A stretch of DNA of 64,000 nucleotides, from NCBI GenBank assembly GCA_050251875.1, contig JBFWMA010000004.1, forward strand, positions 128,001 through 192,000, read 5' to 3'. The DNA is from Deferribacterales bacterium (GTDB lineage: Bacteria > Chrysiogenota > Deferribacteres > Deferribacterales > Geovibrionaceae). A model generated the notes under the pieces. The model did no database searches. It saw only the letters and a list, made by a program, of their open reading frames with translations, and was not told the origin of the DNA. The translations under genes were made by a program, and so were the position numbers. Shown here piece by piece: positions 61,901 to 64,000 of this stretch. The first letter of the stretch is position 1, and each line of letters opens with the position of its first letter.

Positions 61901-62086
61901 GAACAGATAGTCCAGATTGGCGCTGATGCCCGATCTCTCTGCCAGAGCGAGCCCGACCCATCTCTGCATACCGGACGTCTGGATGCATATTGTGGTTTTT
62001 TTTAAAGGCGCTGCTTTTGAGCTGATATTTTTTTGCAGAATATCTGCCAGCCCGTTAAGTTTATTGCCGATATATATATTAAGCAT
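58985..62086 (-). CDS. recC: Exonuclease V gamma subunit
   Basis: GMQRW, ADIFDQYQLYRPE, CHNPLRE.E, PMRSIPFRVICILGLND, LYLSYIG. Confidence 0.93.
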   Translation of the reverse strand: MLNIYIGNKLNGLADILQKNISSKAAPLKKTTICIQTSGMQRWVGLALAERSGISANLDYLFPAALIKRMAERHTGRKDLWTEKQELTWKIFDELGSIPATEYNRPVIKYLENDPDSIKTFRLAGRIADIFDQYQLYRPEMTLRWLNSPHMDKDDEKWQANLFRSVFSAKSRCKTYVLDKMLRSMTEGKAELTGMTDIHVFGISVIPEFFIEILAQAAKFTNISFYLLSPTEEYWGDSVSDREISRREKRSGRPADELMLRQNHPLLDNLGTLGRDFFDILLSTADSAHYIENYSTPSSDSVLSAIQAEIFTLKQQPFTPETGDTSVTVASCHNPLRETEALYDHLLSLFDNDAALKPSDILVMTTDIQTYAPYIRAVFDNPYSAETAMPYTLADMPYKQTSRPAGIFIDLLDTVTGQFSLSSVMKLLSEEIVASKFGLTGNEDIGAVLERNSALFGLTDEELREDGVTSETPFTFEHAMRRIALGLAEGTSGYIYSEASGDDVPFSLAEKLGGVMRFTELCARYRKLLKRTVPAEEHCAVLTDIMNDFLNSSPAHADDLIYMTGLIEDINSQTSGLKKPVGFRPIYETLSGMLSEASGNKGFITGKITFCAMLPMRSIPFRVICILGLNDATFPRVKTALEFDLMAKHPKKGDRNQRDSDKYLFLETLISAQEKLYLSYIGRSETDNKEMVPSILITELLRHISGRFGIKEPVTQHRLHSFSRQYFTDDTGLCTYSPDRYTAACALTGAKTTGVFCPGSISSEPVISVDIASFERFFINPPEYFLRNTLGTDPNISAELLTETERMNLNHLQKYMLEDDALKCALRSGRPDISLRYAAASGRLPSGGLGEYYYENIAAAGAKMAKTAEKAMPEGTGYLDISAVIDGLSISGRVQNTLNGRHAYIKTGSLKPKDFIRAWIRHLMLNTQTETVTSVITKKGELRLKPLDPSEYLKALKKLFISGQSEPLYFHPSDGAELIKYRDKKLKFITKDNYSGIKNDMSFSICFKDREMPEELAKYSEIILGGCQEHVDE

Positions 62087-62212
62087 GGTGACTGATTATA
62101 AACGCAGAGGAGGTTTTTTGAAAGTCTTCTGTTAGTCATTGTGATTTATTTCTCTGGCGGGATTGATATTTAACAGACATTATGGAATAATGGGATGGGG
62201 TGTTATTAGATT

Positions 62213-63877
62213 ATGACAAATATCGAAACTATAGAGAAAGAGATACTTTTCGGCTGTTCACTCATCGGTATTCTGGTGCTGGATATGAACGGTCTTGTAA
62301 TATCCTGCAACGACAGAGCCTGCGAGATGCTGGCGGATGACAGGGACAATCTGAAAGGGAGCTGTGTGGCTGATATCTTCAGCGGGTTCGGCACGGATGA
62401 CGTGATCGCTCTGGCGGATGATATGAAGATGGACAGGGGCGGTTCCGGAGTGGTCGCCCGAACGCACAGACCGAATGTGTCTGACGATCTGGTGAGGCTC
62501 AACGCCGGATATATATCTGACGGTCAGAAGCCGGAGGGAATGGTGGTCTATCTGATGGAGATAGCCTCCAGAGGAGCGTCATGCGTACGCCCCCAGCTGA
62601 CCGAGCCGGGATATCAGGACGACAAGACGGAGTTTCTGTGCAATATATTTCACGGTATTCAGGATTCCATTATCATACATGATCTTAACGGGAAGATTCT
62701 GAGCTATAACGCCAAAACGCTGATGCTTCTGGGGCTGGACATGGAGACACTGGAGAGCGCTAAGAGTTTTCGGGATTTTTCTCCGGAGGATATCAACAGC
62801 GATGTCTGTCAGCGGTATTTCAGAGAGGCGGCGGAAGGTCACGACCGCACCTTCACATGGCAGCTTCAGCGTCCGTCAGACGGCACTGTGCTGGATGTGG
62901 AGGTCTTTTTCACCCGTATCAATAAGCGGGACGAGGCGGTTGTCCTCTCCTGCATAAAAGATATCACCGATAAAAAACGCATAGAAGACGAGCTGGTTAA
63001 CTCTGAGAAGAGATACCGCCAGCTGGTGGAGTATTCGCCGGACGGAATCGTTATCCACAGAAACGGCATAATAAAATATGTCAATCCTGCGGGCGCCAGA
63101 ATTTTCGGCGGGACGGAAGAGGATGTTCTGGGGCAGGAGGTCATCCAGTTCTTTCCGGATGAGGACAGGAGCATGATAAAAGCCCGCCTGAAACAGCTCT
63201 ATGAGAATGAACAGTCCATGCCTATAGTAGAGGGGCGGATGGTGCGTCTGGACGGGCGCATAGCCTATGTGGAGTATGCAGCCATACCTTTTAAGATGGA
63301 CGGGAAAACCGCCGTGCAGGTGGTTATCAGGGACGTGACTCAGAAAAAGATTCAGGAAGACTACATAAAACATATGGCTCTGCACGACACGCTGACGGGG
63401 CTTCCCAACAGAGGACTTCTCACCGACAGAATAGCTCATTCTCTGGAACGCAGAAAGAGGGACGCCTTTATGACCGCTGTGCTGTATATTGATCTGGACG
63501 GGTTCAAGCCCGTGAACGACACACTGGGACATGCCGCAGGCGACACCGCTCTGAAAGAGATAGCCGACAGGCTGAGCCGCTCCATCAGAAAATCCGACAC
63601 CGCCGCCAGAATAGGCGGAGACGAGTTTGTTATTCTTCTGGACGCCGTGCACGACAGGCACGAGATAGAGGAAGTCGCCGAAAGAGTGCTGGAAAATATT
63701 AACAGAGAACTTGTTATAGACGGAACTGTCTTTCATGTAGGCGCCAGCATCGGCATCGGCATATGTCCGGAGCACACGGACGACCCCGTAAAGCTGCTGG
63801 CTATGGCAGACAGAGCCATGTATCGTGTAAAAGAATCAGGAAAGAACAGATATCTGTTCTGTGACGGTGAGAACTGA
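62213..63877 (+). CDS. Multi-PAS diguanylate cyclase
   Basis: Three PAS-like regions, HDTLTGLPNR, DLDGFKPVND..GH..GD, RKSD I-site five residues before GGDEF. Confidence 0.93.
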   Translation: MTNIETIEKEILFGCSLIGILVLDMNGLVISCNDRACEMLADDRDNLKGSCVADIFSGFGTDDVIALADDMKMDRGGSGVVARTHRPNVSDDLVRLNAGYISDGQKPEGMVVYLMEIASRGASCVRPQLTEPGYQDDKTEFLCNIFHGIQDSIIIHDLNGKILSYNAKTLMLLGLDMETLESAKSFRDFSPEDINSDVCQRYFREAAEGHDRTFTWQLQRPSDGTVLDVEVFFTRINKRDEAVVLSCIKDITDKKRIEDELVNSEKRYRQLVEYSPDGIVIHRNGIIKYVNPAGARIFGGTEEDVLGQEVIQFFPDEDRSMIKARLKQLYENEQSMPIVEGRMVRLDGRIAYVEYAAIPFKMDGKTAVQVVIRDVTQKKIQEDYIKHMALHDTLTGLPNRGLLTDRIAHSLERRKRDAFMTAVLYIDLDGFKPVNDTLGHAAGDTALKEIADRLSRSIRKSDTAARIGGDEFVILLDAVHDRHEIEEVAERVLENINRELVIDGTVFHVGASIGIGICPEHTDDPVKLLAMADRAMYRVKESGKNRYLFCDGEN

Positions 63878-63878
63878 T

Positions 63879-64000
63879 ATGGGAAAAACATACGACATCG
63901 CCGAAAATCTGGTGAAAATGTCGAAAAAACTGAAATACGGCGATCTGAGCGCCAAGGATAAGGTGATTGAGTACGCCGGAAAGCTGATTTCCGAGGAGTA
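63879..64000 (+). CDS. Start of a hypothetical protein, truncated by the window edge
   Basis: ATG 1 nt after the GGDEF stop; open frame MGKTYDIAENLVKMSKKLKYGDLSAKDKVIEYAGKLISEE to the end. Confidence 0.55.
   Translation, partial: MGKTYDIAENLVKMSKKLKYGDLSAKDKVIEYAGKLISEE

Overview
Gene-dense chromosomal window from a Gram-negative, flagellated bacterium. Gene content and protein style suggest Deferribacterota (Denitrovibrio/Seleniivibrio/Geovibrio-like); this is inference, not a database result. Left to right: (1) a TetR-TolC-EmrA efflux operon cut by the left edge, then exported MsrAB and a DUF1737-like gene; (2) a divergently split type II secretion cluster, gspGHIJKLMN on the minus strand and a CPBP/myxosortase-like intramembrane protease followed by gspCDEF on the plus strand; (3) lepA-lepB and pyrH-frr-uppS-cdsA-dxr-rseP; (4) an 801-aa flagellin with a sigma28 promoter and CsrA-type leader, followed by an unannotated 55-aa YezD/DUF2292-like gene; (5) a pseudaminic acid cluster, pseBCFG-formyltransferase-pseI, with no pseH, followed by xthA; (6) a degenerate transglutaminase-like membrane protein, a PAS kinase lacking its phospho-acceptor His, an AEC transporter and recJ-rel; (7) a methyltransferase plus metal-chelate ABC operon with a NikR-like palindrome; (8) MOSC/MogA-tmk-holB-ricT-metG-tatD-response regulator-usp, then copZ-cysK, a REP-like inverted doublet and an MCP; (9) recCBD and a PAS-GGDEF protein. 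I saw no rRNA, tRNA, CRISPR array, transposase or prophage genes. The best leads are the T2SS-embedded sorting protease, the formyltransferase replacing PseH next to the flagellin, and the small gene apparently co-transcribed with flagellin. All family calls are by motif recognition, without searches.
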